Positions 13,430 through 27,089 of a stretch of DNA of 64,000 bases are shown here, one piece after another (the stretch's first letter is position 1; each line of letters begins with the position of its first letter). The notes beneath the pieces were generated by a model, which had not been told where the DNA came from, searched no databases, and saw only the letters and a list, made by a program, of their open reading frames with translations. Location: contig NC_086106.1 of assembly GCF_963921235.1 (NCBI RefSeq), positions 19,716,001-19,780,000 on the forward strand, given 5' to 3'. This stretch comes from Mobula hypostoma. Taxonomy: Eukaryota. The position numbers and the translations under genes were made by a program.

Positions 13430-14500
13430 GAGTGATGTAGAACAGAAGGGCTTTGGAGTTCAAATACATCATGTCATGTATTAAAGTACAGTTACAGGGA
13501 TTCATGACGTTGACTAGGCTTTTGACATGCTGGCCATCAGTCAGTCCATTAGGAGATGTAGGTGAGAAAGCACTTGGAGTATTATGTTCAGCTTTGGTCA
13601 CCATGCTCGAGGAAAGATGCTACTAAACTGAAAGAGTGCATAAAGGTTTACAAGGATGTTGCTAGGTGCTGAGGGATTGGGTTATAGGGAGAGGTTAGAC
13701 AGTCATGACTTTATTCATTAGAATGTAGGAGACTGAGAGGTGATCTTATATCATGATGTGTGTAGATAAATGCTGGAATCGGTCATTTTTTAAATACTTT
13801 CTATAAGGTATTAGGTTTTTTTTACTGACATAATTTGTATTTTAAACAGACTCATGTGTTTTCCACAGTATATAGTGGTTCATCCCCACTTACTGGCAGA
13901 GAGTGGGATAGCAGTTACATGTACCGTACCTTTTCATTTTAATTGGCTAAGTATTAGCAAATTACACATGTGTTATAATTGTTTTAATTGTGTAGCCTAT
14001 TAAATGGTTTATTTCTATCTGAAAATTTTCTGTTATCTCGAGTAGAAAGCTGAGAGATTTTTCAATGGCGCCATATTTTCATTTGAATCTTTTAATTTCT
14101 CATCTCTCATCTGCCTTGTTACTTTGTATCTTTGTTTAAACTTTAGCATAAATGGTAATCGAGAATCAGCCTCTCGCTCATTTCTCAGCTCCTAAAAGAA
14201 ACCAGGGATCGAAAATTAGAGCTCTGACGTAGGTTAAATACATTCCGTCTTTCTAACAGGTTAGTGGAATCTAGAGCTAGAGAGAATAGGTTTAAGGTAA
14301 GGGGAAAGATTTAGTATGAACCCTAGGGGCTTATAGTTTACACAGATGGTGGCATGTATGTGGAATGAACTGCTATAGGAACTGATTGAGTCAGATATAA
14401 TAACAACCTTTAAAGGACACTTGTACAGGTACATGGATAGGAAAGTTTATAAAGCTATGCACCAAATACTGGAGTCTGTGACTAGGCTGGATGGATATGT
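13430..14500 (+). mobile_element. Old CR1 3' fragment interrupted by an unidentified ~460-bp insertion (~13750-14215)
   Basis: CR1-like sequence at 13430-13750 (…AGGAGACTGAGAGGTGATCTTAT) resumes near 14215. Confidence 0.6.
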
Positions 14501-16057
14501 TGTCGCAATGACAGATCGGTTAAAGTCATCTGACTTTAACCCTTTACTGCTAGTTGGCATAATTGTGCAATGTGGCAAGTTTGGTCTGGACTTTTGTTTG
14601 GGAACGGTTGATGCAAAACTTTCCCAACATCTCAGTGTGCTGGTGGATGCTGGCTTGGAATTTCGACAGTGTTTACTGTTGCTGTCTGAGGCTGGAATGA
14701 CCATGGTTCTGTAATGAAGGTAATACACATTGAGGAATTTCTATGTTTTGCTGCAGATCAACTATACTGCTGAGGGAATCTGCAGCAGTCAGTGGAAATA
14801 CATGGAGAGCCAGCGGCCATGGATTTTTGTCAAGCATCTTGGTGACTTTAAGCATTTTTATTCCAGCAGATATCCAAGGCCAGCATTATCCTTGTGAATC
14901 TCCAGTTACCCTTGAGAACATGATGGAGAGCTGGTATTCATGGGATGTCTAGCCTAGAAACATAGATCCAAGCCAATCTGAGGAATTTTGGAAATAATAT
15001 CACTGGAATAAACTGTTAACCTTTGGAACTCTGCACCCCAATTGGGTATTCCTAACAGATCCTCTGTTAGGTCTTGAAACACCTCTACAGTGAAGGCAGA
15101 CAAGTCATTGAAACACACACACAAGGTACTTGAGGAGTTCAGCAGGCTGGGAAGTCTCTATGGAAAAGACTATAGGCAACCCTTCATCAGCACTGGAGAA
15201 AAATTGATGAGGAGTCAGAGTGAGAAGGTGGGGAGGAGGGGAGGGAGATACAGAAGGTGATAGGTGAATCTGGGAAGGGGAGGGGCAAAGGAAAGAGCTG
15301 GAAAGTTGACTGGTGAAATAGATAACAGGCTGGGGTTGGGGGAATCTAATAGGAGAGGATAGAAGACCATGGAAGAAAGAAAAGTGGGAAGAGCACCAGA
15401 GGGAGGTGAAGGGAAGGTAAGGAAATAAGGAGAAAGAGGGAAAAGCGGGTGGGCAATGGTGGAGGAGGGTGTAAGGGGCATTACCGGAAGTTCAAGAAAT
15501 CAATGCTTATGCCATCAGGTTGGAGGCTGCTCAGACAGAATATAAGGTGTTGCTCCTCCAATCTGAGTGTGGCCTCATCATGTCAGTTGAGGAGGCCATG
15601 GACTGACATGTCAGAATGGGGATGGAAAGTAGAATTAACATGGGTGGCCACTGAGAGATCTTGCTTTCTCTGGTGAACGGAGCATAGGCGCTCAATAAAG
15701 TGCTCTCCCAATCTACATTGGGTCCTGCCAATATACAGGAGGTCACACCGGGAGCACCAGATAGAGTAGATGACCCCAACAGACTCACAGGTGAAGTGCC
15801 ACCTCAACTGAAAGGACTGTTTGGGGCCCTGAATGGTAGTGAAGGAGGAGGTGTAGGGGCAGGTGTAGCATTTGTTCTGCTTGCAAGGGTAAGTGCCAAG
15901 AGGGAGATCAGTGGGGAGGGACGAATGGACAAACGAGTTGTGTAGGTAGCGATCCCTATGGAAAGTAGAAAGTGGGGGGGGAGGGTGGGAGGGTGGGAAG
16001 GAAAGATGTGCTTGGTGGTGGAATCACATTCGAGATGGCAGAAATTATTAAGAATTA

Positions 16058-18676
16058 CTGTGCCTATAAGAAGTATTCACCTCCCTTGGAAGTTTTCATG
16101 ATTTATTGTTTCACGACTTTGAATCATAGTGGATTTATTTTAGCTTATTTAGACCCCAATATACAGAATAAAACACTCTCATTTCAAAGTGAAAACAAAT
16201 CTCTGCAGTGACCTAAATTAATTCCAAATACAAAACACAAAATAATTTATTGCTTACGTATTCACCCTCCCCCTTTAATATGACACACCAAATCATCACT
16301 GGTGCAGCCAATTGGTTTCAGAAGTCACATACTTATTTAAATGGAGATCACCATGTTCAATTGATTGTAGTAAAAATACATCTGTATCTGGAAGATCCAA
16401 CTGCTGGTGAGCCAGTATCCTGGCAAAAACTACACCTTGAAGACAAAAGAACACTCCAAGCAACTCTTCAAAAAGGTTATTGAAAAACACAAATCAGGAA
16501 TTAGTTATAAGAAAATTTTCAAGTCACTGAATATCCCTTGGAGTACAGTGAAGTCAATCATCAGGAAATGGAAAGAATATGGCATAGCTGTAATTCTGCC
16601 TAGAGCAGGCCATCCTCGAAAACTGAGTGACCGTGCGAGAAAGAGACTAGTGAGGGAGGCCACCAAGAGACCTATGACAACTCTGGAGGGTTCACAAACT
16701 TCAGAGACTGCACATACAACTATTGCCCGGGTGCTTCACAAGTCACAGCTTTATGGGAGAGATGCAAAGAGAAAGCCATAGTTCAAAAAAAAAACCTGTT
16801 GAAATCTCAGCTAGAGTTTGCCAGAAGCATGTGGGAGACTCTGAGGTCAGCTGGAAGAAGATTCTATGAAACTAAAATTGTGCTTTCTGGCCATCAGACT
16901 AAACGCTATGTTTGGCATAAGCCAGGCCCTGCACATCAGCAAAAACACACCGGACCGTGAAGGTGGTGGTGGCTGCCTCATACTGTGGGGACGCTTCACT
17001 GCAGCAAGCCCTAGAAGGCTTGTGAAGGTAGAGGGTAAAATGAATGCAGCAAAGTACAGGGAAATCCGAGAGGAAAACCTGATGCAGTCTGCAAGAGAAC
17101 TGCGACTTGGGAGAAGATTTGTTCACCAGCAAGACAATGTCCCCAAGCATAAAGCTAAAGCTACACAGGAATGGCTAAAAGACAATGAAGATAATATCCT
17201 GGAGTAGCCAAGTCAGGGTCTAGAAACAGAGAAACATAGAAAACCTACAGCACAACACAGGCCCTTCAGCCCAAAAAGCTGTGCCGAACGTTTCCTTACC
17301 TTAGAACTACCTATTTTTCTGATCTCCATGTACCCATCCAGGAGTCTCTTAAAAGACCCTATCGTTTCCGCCTCCACCACAGCCGCCAGCAGCCCATTCC
17401 ATGCACTCACCACTCTCTGCGTAAAAAACTTACCCCTGACATCTCCTCTGTACCTGCTTCCAAGCACCTTAAAACAATGCCCTCTCGTGCTAGCTATTTC
17501 AGCCCTGAGAAAAAGCCTCTGACTATCCACACGATCAATGCCTCTCACTATCTTCTACAACTCTATCAGGTCACCTCTCATCCTCCGTCGCTCCGAGGAG
17601 AAAAGGCCAAGTTCGCTCAACCTATTTTCATAAGGCATGCTCCCCAATCCAGGCAACATCCTTGTAAATCTCCTCTGCATCCTTTCTATGGTTTCCATGT
17701 CCTTCCTGTAGTGAGGAGACCAGAACTGAGCACAATTCTCCAAGTGGGGTCTAACCAGGGTTCTATTTAGCTGCAACATTACCTCTCGGCTCTTAAACTC
17801 AATCCCACGATTGATGAAGGCCAATGCACCGTATGCTTTCTTAACCATAGAGTCAACTTGCATAGCAGCTTTGAGTGTCCTATGGACTCAGACCCCAAAT
17901 TCCCTCTGACCCTCCACACTGCCAAGAGTCTTGCCATTAATGCTATATTCTGCCATCATATCTGACCTACCAAAATGAACCACCTCACACTTATCTGGGT
18001 TGAACTCCATCTGCCACTTCTCAGACCAGTTTTGCATCCTATCGATGTCCCGCTGTAACCTCTGACAGCCCTCTACACTATCCACAACACCCCTAACCTT
18101 TGTGTCATCAGCAAATTTACTAACCCATCCCTCCACTTCCTCGTCCAGGTCATTTATAAAAATCACAAAGAATAGGGGTCCCAGAACAGATCCCTGAGAC
18201 AAACCACCGGTCACCGGCTTTCATGCAGAATATGACTCGTCTACAACTAGTCCTCAATCCAACTGAGGATTTGTAACTGGACTTGAAAAGGGCTGTTCAC
18301 ACATGACCTTCATACAGTCTGACAGAGCTTGAGCAGTTTAGTAAAATAAAGAATTGGGGAAATATTGCAGTGTCCAGATGTGCAAAGCTGATAGAGACCT
18401 ATCCACACAGACTCAAGCCTGTAATTGCTGCCAAAGGTGCGTCTACTAAATACTGACTTGAAGGGGGTGAATACTTATGTAATCAATTATTGTGTTTTAT
18501 ATTTGTAATTAATTTAGATAACTTTGTAGAAATCTGTTCTCACTTTGACATGAAAGTCTTTTTTTATAGATCAGTGTCAAAAAAATCCAAATTAAATCCA
18601 CTGTGATTCATTGTTGTAAAGCAATAAAAGATGAAAACTCCAAGGGGTGGGTGGGTGAATACTTTTCTTCGGCTGG
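16058..18676 (+). mobile_element. Tc1/mariner transposon (IR/DR type), decayed transposase, with nested CR1
   Basis: TA followed by CTGTGCCTATAAGAAGTATTCAC. ~210-bp inverted repeats with inner GTATTCACCC direct repeats. Transposase pieces 16407-16781 (paired-like HTH, LPRAGHPRKL) and 16866-17207 (WGRF..., HQQDNVPKH). The catalytic region resumes after 18250. Confidence 0.92.
17221..18250 (-). mobile_element. 5'-truncated CR1 inserted in Tc1 transposase
   Basis: ORFs 17888-18214, 17555-17863 and 17213-17548 (QGSVLGPLFFVIFIND, FADDTKV, RPHLENCAQFWSP). Tail AGAAACATAGAAA at ~17221. Confidence 0.92.
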
Positions 18677-21297
18677 ACATGGAGACTGGTGGGGTACTAG
18701 GTGAGCACAAGAGGAAGCCTATCCCTGGTGTGGTGGCAGGAGGATGGGGTGAGGGCAGATGTGTGTAGAATGAAAAAGAAAGGTTGAGGGCAGCATTGAT
18801 GGTGGAGGAAGGGAAGCCTGTTTCTTTGAAGAAGGAGAGTATCTCCTTCATTCTGAAATGAAATGCCTCATCCTGAGAGCAGATGTGGTGGAGACGGAGG
18901 AATGGAGAGGAGGGTTTTTGTTCATACTGTATTTCATATTTCATTTTTACAAGTAACAGAGTGGGAAGAGGTATAGTCCAGGTAGCTGTGAGAGTCAGTA
19001 GGTTTATAATAGACATTAGTAAATAAGCTGTCTCCAGACAGACAGAGATCAAAAAGGGGGAGGGATGTGTTGGAATGACCAGGTAAATTTGAGGACAGGG
19101 TGGAAGTTGGAGGCAAAGTTGATGAAGTCAATGGGAAGCAGCACCCATGCAGTGCTCGATGTAGTGCAGGAAAAGTTGAGGAGTATATGTTCATGTGTCT
19201 CACCATCAAAAGCAGTGAGTGTGACCCTGCTCCAGTGAATGACACTGGAGAGACATCTGAATAGAATGGTATGGGAAACATTTAAAACTCTTGACCAGAC
19301 GCAAATAAATGGATGAACTTTGTTCGGTCACATAGAATGCATTTCTGACTTCGGTCAAGGGAATTGCTCGGCAGAGTTTATTGAGGGAAATGAAAACAAG
19401 AGTGCTGAATGTATTCAAGAGATCAGGCATTTGTGAGAATAAATGCACAGTTATTGTTTCTAATCAAAGACTTTTCCTCAGAACTGCGAAGGAGAAAAAG
19501 AAAGCTGTTTAAACTGCAGGGTTGTTGGAGGTGGTGTGTCTCTGATTGGGTGTAACCAGGGTGACCATAGGGATAGGCTGTAAGCAAGCACATCTGGCTA
19601 GTGAATGAAATAATGAGATCATAGGCAAAAGCATGTAGAAATAGTGAAAGACAGACCAGGAGGGGATATGGTTGTCAGTTCAAGTTTGATATTTCCTCCT
19701 CTCCCAGGCAGACTTTTCCACCTCAACTTTTCTGTATTTCCAATGTTTTTGTTTTTAATTTTATATTTCCAGCATCTGATTTTTTTAATTTTCAAAGTTT
19801 TTGAGAAAGGTAGGGTAATAATGCCTGTATAACTTATTCATGTCGAGTCCTAGTCACTGAGGAGAGTGAAGGTCACCAGGAGATGGCATATTTTGCTGCC
19901 ATCCAGTATTTTGTTATAAGCTATTAATTCTCCACCATATTCAGCTCAAACAAAATCCCATGGCCATTCCTGATGACGGGTCTCAGCCCTAAACACCAAA
20001 TGTTTATTCCTCTTTATAGATGCTGCCTGACTTGTTGAGCTCCTCCAGGAGTTTGTGTATTACTTAAGATTTCCAAGATCAATGGAAACTCTTGTGTTTA
20101 TGATTAGAGATATTGGTTTATTTTCTGTGTTCACAGATGCTGCCTGCCCCATATTTCCAAGATTTTTGTTCATATTTCAGATTTGCAATATCTGTAGTCT
20201 CTCATGCCTCCGTTTTGATTTCATTTTCTCTATTATAGGTCCAGCCGGAAGACTGAAGCCAATTTGAGCTTTGCGAGCTGCTACGTTGCAATAACAAGGT
20301 GCAGTCACTAGGGGGCAGTGGTACTCTTCTAATTGCAGAGGTGTCAGCGGCTGCTGCAGTGGCGCCTCACAGCCACTGGGTGTCAGAATAGCAGCCAGAC
20401 AGCGAGGGTCTGACAGAGGAAGGCACCAGTGCACGGGAGGATTGCTCTGTCCCACAGACCCTGATATTGTTGGATCTCTGCAGGTGATGGACAATGGAAG
20501 GACAGGCATGGATACATCAGTTAGGAGCTTGCTCTCCGTGAAGAGCTTTTCAACAGAGATGTGAAAGGCATTTTATAAACAACCCCATCTTTCTGTATCT
20601 TTTTTCCCAGTGTTTCAAGACCTTTCACTCTCCACACATTGATTGTCTCTCACTCAGTCCTTCCAATTCCAATTTATAAATTTGTGGGTTACTTCGCTGT
20701 TGGTAGAAGCTCAGTGGCAAAAAGAAGGCTTACAGGAGTAAGAGAGATCAGCTGGTTGTGTGGTGTAGCAACAATAACTTTGTAATCATCATCGGCAAGA
20801 ACAAGGAATTATTGTGGACCAGGAAGCAGATGTCAGGAAAACCCACAGGAGGAGTCAGCGGTGGAAAAGGTGAGAAGCTTCACATTCCTCGGTACCAACA
20901 GATAGATGCAACCACGAAAAAGGAGCTATCGTTCGGAATCGGAGGAGAGTTGGCTTGTCACCAAAGACTCTTACAAATTTCTATCAATATATGCTGGAAA
21001 TCACTCTGAGTGGTTTGCTTCAGAGCCTTCAGCGCACTGCACTGAAAGAGGCTGCAGAGGATTGTAGCTTCAGCTAGCTCCATGAGCAGAACTCTTCATA
21101 ACATCAAAGGGATCTTCAAGCGACGAGCCTGAAGATGGTGCCATTATTAAGGGCTTTCACCATCTGGGACATAACATTTTCTGGTTTCTACCATTAGAGA
21201 GGAGGTACAGGAGCCTGAAGACCCAGATTTTACAATTTAGGAAAAACTTGTTCTTCTCCATCATCAGACTTCTGAATACTTTATAAACGCTACTTCG

Positions 21298-21930
21298 GTG
21301 GGAGGAGAAGATGGCAGCACGACGCAGCGCGCGCAGCTCTCCGGTGAAATTATATTGTATCTGTTACATAGGGGCCGTGGACAATTCTGACTTGATGAAG
21401 ACAGACTTGTGAAGCAGAGAAACATCTGGAGAAATTTCTAAAATGCCTGGTTCGCTGCTGTTGTTACTGTGTGATCAAGAATCTCCGGAGGGAAGGCCCC
21501 AAAATCCCCGGCTTTGTCTGCTGCTGGCAACCAAAGCTGAGGTCGAAACGTTCGGATAGAGATGGTGCTCGGTACTCGGCGTCAGGGGGCTGATCGGAGC
21601 TCGAAGTTTTAGGACGACTCAGAGTCGGATTGTGGTCGGGCACGGCAGGGAAAGTTTTCTTCCTTCTCCCGTCTGCGTGAGGTGTGGGACTTTTGAGAAA
21701 CTTTGAATTCTTTTACTGTACCATGGACTGTTCTTCATCAAGTTAATGTATTGTTGCACTGTTGTAACTATATGTTATAATTATGTGGTTTTGTTAGTTT
21801 TTCAGTCTTGGTCTGTCCCGTGTTTTTGTGATAACACACCGGAGGAATATTGTATCATTTCTTGATGCATGCATTACTAAATGACAATAAAAGAGGACTA
21901 CATGTCCTTGTAATCTAATAATCTAATAAT
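21298..21930 (+). mobile_element. ~0.65-kb non-coding interspersed repeat with AAGATGGC head and (TAATC)n-like tail (copy 1)
   Basis: Colinear with 23521-24200. Starts GGAGGAGAAGATGGC and ends AATGACAATAAAAGAGGACT...TAATCTAA. Confidence 0.75.
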
Positions 21931-22019
21931 ATAATAATCATTATCAATTTTTCTTTTTTTTGCACTAATTACTTTCAAAATATATCACAAATTGTAGCCA
22001 TACGTCAATGATAACCTGA

Positions 22020-24830
22020 ACCAGAGGCTGACCAATATCCCTTTGGGGAGGTTTGCTGGAGCTGTTTGGGAGGGTTTAGACTAATTTGGCAGGGGGGTGG
22101 GAATCGGACTGATAGTGCTGAGGATGAGGTGGTTGGTTTACAGACAGAGGCAGTGTGTAGTGAGACTGCTGGCAAGGACTGGCTGAAGGTGGGGCAAAAC
22201 TGCAGTCGCACTGTGGAAGTCACGAGCAGTATGCTGGAAGTTCAAGAATGCTGGGGGTAGAAGTATTTGAAGTTGCCATTACTGGGAGAAGGTTCTTGGG
22301 AAACTGAAAGGTCTAAAAGTGGATAAGTCTCCTAGACCGCATGATATGCACTGTATTCCAGCATGGTTCTGGAGGAATGGAAAATTTCAAATGTCACTCC
22401 ACTCTGCTAGAAGGGAAAGAGGCAGAAGAAAGGAAATTAAAGGGCTGTTAAGCTGTTGGAATTGTTTGAAGAAATAATAAGCAGGATAGACAAAGGAGAA
22501 TCGATTGATGTTATGTACTTGGATTTTCAGGAGGACTTTGACAAGATGCCACACATAGGCTGCTTAACAAACTTCAAGTCCTTGGTATAACAGGAAAGAT
22601 TCTAGCATGGACAAAGCTGTGACTGCTTGGCAGGAGGCAAAGAATGGTAATAAAGGGAGCCTTTTCTGGTTGGCTGCCAGTGACTAGTGGTGTTCCACAG
22701 GGATCTGTGTTGGGACCAATTCTCTTTACGTTATATGTCAATGATTGGGATGATGGAATAGATGGCTTTGTTGCAAAGCTTGCAGACGATATGAAGCTGG
22801 GTGGAGGGGCAGGTAGTTTTGAGGAAGAAGAGAGGCTATAGAAGGGCTGAGACAGATTAGGAGAATGAGCAGAGAAATGGCAAATGGAATACATTGTCAG
22901 GAAATGTATGGTCATGCACTTTTGTAGAAGAAATAAAGGGTACACTATTTTCTAAATGGAGAGAAAATACAAAAAACTGAGGTGCAAAAGCACCTGGGAG
23001 TCCATGTGCAGGATTCCCTAAAGGTTAATTTGCTGGTTGAGTCTGTGGTGAGGAGGGTAAATACAATGTTAGCGTTCTTTTCAAGAGGACTAAAATATAA
23101 AAGTAAGAATGTAATGTTGAAACTTTCTAAAGCACTTGGAGTTCCCTAAGCAGGTCTGGGCCCCTTATCTTGGAAAGGATAGCTGAAACTGAGGGGTTTC
23201 AAAGGAGGTTCATGAAAATAATTACAGGATTGATTGGTTTGTCATGTGAAGAGCATTTGATGGCTCTGGGCCTGTATTCACTAGAAATCAGAAGAAAGGT
23301 GACCTCATTGAAACCTATCACATGGTGAAAGGCCTTGATAGAGTGGATGTCGAGAGGATGTTTCCTATGGTGGGAGAGTCTAAGGCTAGAGGACATAACC
23401 TCAAAATAGAGGGGCGTCCTTTTAGAATGGAGATGAAGCGGAATTTCTTTAACCAGAGAATGGTGAATCTGAAAAATTCTTTACCTCAGGCAGTTGTGAG
23501 GTCAAGCTTTTATGTATAAAGGAGGAGGAGAAGATGGCGGCACGATGCAGCACGCAGCGGCCACTCCGGTGAATGATATCTGTAATCTGTCAAGTAGGTG
23601 CCGTGCACAATCCTGATTTGATAGAGACAGACATGAGAGAATGGAGGAACAGCTGGAGAAACTCCTGTAATGCCTTTTTCGCTGCCGCTGCTACTGTGTG
23701 ATCCAGAATCTCCGGAGGAGAAGGCCCCAAGTCTTCGGCTTTGCTTGTTGCTTGGCGACCGGGGCGGGTCGAAGCGCTCGGCAGAGGATGGTGCTCGGGA
23801 GGCTGTATCAGAGGGGCTGGTCAGAGGCTCGAAGTTTTCGGACAGGCTCAGAGTCAGCGGTGGTGGGGTGCTTCCAAAGCATCGGTAGATGTCGGCGCCC
23901 GGAAGTTTATGTCAGAGAGAGCTTCTCCCTTCTGCCGCCTGCTATCGGGGACTATGGGGAGTCGATCGGAACTTCGAGACTATTTTTTACTGCGCCCATG
24001 GTCTGCTCTTTATCAAAATATGGTATTGCCTTGCACTGCTGTAACTATATGTTATAATTATGTGGTCTTGTCAGTGTTAGTCTTTGGTTTGTTCTTTTTT
24101 TTTTGTGATATCGCTCTGGAAGAACATTGTATCATTTCTTAATGCATGCACTTCTAAATGACAATAAACGAGGACTGAGTGTCCTCGTAATCTAAATAAT
24201 CTAAAATAAAATATTTAAGGCAGAAGTTGATAGATTGTTGATTGGTCAGGGCGTGAAGGGATATGGGGAGAAGGCAGGAGATTGGGGCTGAGAGGAAAAT
24301 TGGATCAGCCATAATGAAATGGCAGAGAAGACTTGATGGGCCAAATGGCCTAATTCCGCTCCTATAACCTATGGTCTTATATGATGAGAGTTTAATGGCT
24401 CTGGGCCTGTACTCGCTGGAATTCAGATGAATGAGGGGTGACCTCAGTGAAATCTATCGAATGCTGAAAGGCCTTGGCAGTGTGGATATGGAGAGGGTGT
24501 TTCCTATGGAGAGCCAAAGACCAGAGGACGCAGCCTCAGAGTCTGGGGGTATCCTTTTAGAATGGCGATGATGAGGAGTTTCTTTAGCTGAGGAGTGGTG
24601 AATCTGTGGAATTCGTTGCCACAGGTAGCTGTGGAGACTAAGTCCTCGGGTATATTTAAGGCAGGGGATGACAGATTCTTGATTAGTCAGTGTGTGAAGG
24701 GATACAGGGAGAAGGCAGGAGACTGGGGCTGAGAGGAAAATTGGATCAGCCATGATGAAATGGTGGAGCAGACTCAATAGGCCGAATGGCCTAATTCTGC
24801 TCCTATATCTTATGGTCTTATGTTCTTATA
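22020..24830 (+). mobile_element. Degenerate CR1 fragments
   Basis: GWLPVTSGVPQGSVLGPILFTLYVND (22644-22841) and RNFFNQRMVNL. Interrupted at 23521-24200, with a further CR1 3' end to ~24830. Confidence 0.85.
23521..24200 (+). mobile_element. ~0.65-kb non-coding interspersed repeat (copy 2), inserted in a CR1 3' region
   Basis: Colinear with 21298-21930; CR1 sequence continues on both sides. Confidence 0.75.
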
Positions 24831-25794
24831 ATAAATCTGTTTGCAACACACAGACACGGACGACTTGCCTCCTCTCCCTTCAGTCTCCCTCTCTTCCTGT
24901 CTTCGTCCTTTTTGCCTTTCCGTTCTTCACACTATTAACAATCTCTCCTTCTCTGCCTCTGTTGTTTTGCCCTGTTAATGGGTTGAAGGGCTGTGCCTTC
25001 CCTTTCTCAGTCAAAGCTCAAAGTGCATTTATTAATGAAGAATGCATACTATGTACAACCTTAAGATTTGTCTCCTTCCAGGCAGCCTCAAAATAAAGAA
25101 ACCCAATAGAACCCATTAAAAAAGGAGGCTGTCAAACAGATCGTGCAAACAACAAAAGTAGGCAAGTGACACTCAGAACTGAAGTTCACGCAAGTGAGTC
25201 CACAGCCACAAAGCCAGTCATCAATGCAACCAATCCAGGAGCTCGTTAGTTGCTGGCCACATTTATGATAAATAAAATGTCATTCTGTTTTATTTGATAC
25301 TCTTTGGTAGTTCCTTCCTTCATATCTGATAGGTGTCACCAGTGATTTCGGTCCTTCCTACAGACACTGTCGGCCTTACAATCTTATGGTTTTGTTTTCT
25401 GCTGCACTTCTCATTATTCGGAAAAAAAACTTCCCCTGGCTGTCAGTCACTTATTCATTAAGGTCAATTGGGCTGGTTTGTCCAAGTCTGACCTGCAGTG
25501 CAAAGTAATTGGACAATTGCACTCAACAGCAAACAATTGTACTTAAAGAATAGTTTTAATATAGGGAATTATCAGAAGCTGCTTCATAGAAGCATAAATC
25601 AGATAGCAGGCTGTCGAAGCAGAAAGATAGCTGGTGTGATCATTCAAAAGAATGAAGAACATATCAATTATGTCCATAAAATGAATTTTAATTAGAAAGG
25701 GGGAGTAAGACACAGAAACAGAGACTTATTAGTAAAAGGCAATCTCAGGGAAGGTGAGAAAGTTCCTCACACAGGGTAATTAACACCAGGACTG

Positions 25795-27060
25795 GAATAG
25801 AGTCATAGATAGTCATGGAACACTACAGCACAGAAACAGGCACTTTGACCCTTTCAGTCCATGCCAACTACTAAGCTGTCTACTGCCATCGACCTGCACC
25901 CAGAACACAGCCCTCCATACCCCAACCATCCATGTACCTATCCAAATTTCACTGAAATATTGAAATTGACCACACATCCTCTACTTACACAGGGAGCTCA
26001 TCCCACACTCTCGCCCCCTCTGTGAAGAAGTTCCTCCGCATGTTCCCCTTAAACATGTTGCTTTTCGCCCTCAGACCATGACCTCTAGTTCTAGTCTAAC
26101 CCAACCTCAGTGGAAAAAGCATGTTTACATTTATACCCCTCATAATTTTGTATGCCTGCATCAAATCTCCTCTCAGTCTTACAGTACATGTTCTAAGGAG
26201 TAAAGTCCTAACCTATTCAACCTTTCCCTATAACTCAGGTGCTCAAGTCCTGGCAACATCCTTGTAAATTTTCTCTGTACTCTTTCAAACTTGTATCTTT
26301 CCTGTAGGTAGGTGACCAAAACTACATACAATACTCCAAATTAGGCCTCTCCAATGTCTTACATAACTTCAACATAACATCCCAGCTCCTGTACTCAGTA
26401 CTTTGTTGTATGAAAGCCAATGTGCCAAAAGCTTTCTTTCTGACCCTATCTACCTGTCACGCCACTTTTAAGAAATTACAGATCTGTATTCCCACATCCC
26501 TCTGTTCTACCACACTCCTCAGTGCCCAACTGCTGATCATGTAAAACCTACCCTAGTTGATCCTCCCAAAGTGCAGCACCATCTGCCATTTTTCACCCAT
26601 TTTTGAGATGGTCCAGATCCTGCTGCAAGCTTTGATATTCTTCCTTGCTGTAGACTATGCCCCAAATCTTGGTGTCGTTTGCAAACTTGCCAATCCAGTT
26701 TACCACATTGGCATCCAGATCGTTAATATGGATGACAAACACCAACAGACCCAGCACTAATCCCTCCACTAGTCCAGGCCTCCAGTCAGGGAGGCAACCA
26801 TCTGCTACCACTCTCTGGCTTCTTCCATAACGCCAATGTCTAATCGAATTTACTACCTCATATTGTATGCCAAAGGACTGAACCTTCTTGACCCAAATCC
26901 CATAAGAATCTTGTCAAAGGCCTTTCAAAAGTCCATGTAGATAACATCCACCACATTACTTTCATCAACTTTCCTAGTAACTTCCTTGAAAAACTCTGTA
27001 AGATTGGTTAGACACAACTTACTAAGCACTCATTTTCACAATGAATGCCCAATCCCTATG
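25795..27060 (-). mobile_element. Degenerate CR1 LINE
   Basis: 26593-26811 encodes GLVLGLLVFVIHINDLDANVVNWIGKFANDTKI. Confidence 0.85.
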
Positions 27061-27089
27061 CACTGCTATCCCTCATCAGGAGTGTCTTA

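Larger units (their letters stand above)
15100..19240 (-). mobile_element. Penelope-like element (RT end plus GIY-YIG), split by the Tc1 insertion at 16058-18676
   Basis: Minus-strand HFTCESVGVIYSIWCSRCDLLYIGRTQCRLGEHF (15583-15807) and NVYYKPTDSHSYLDYTSSH (18934-19281). The two halves are colinear across the Tc1. Confidence 0.85.
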
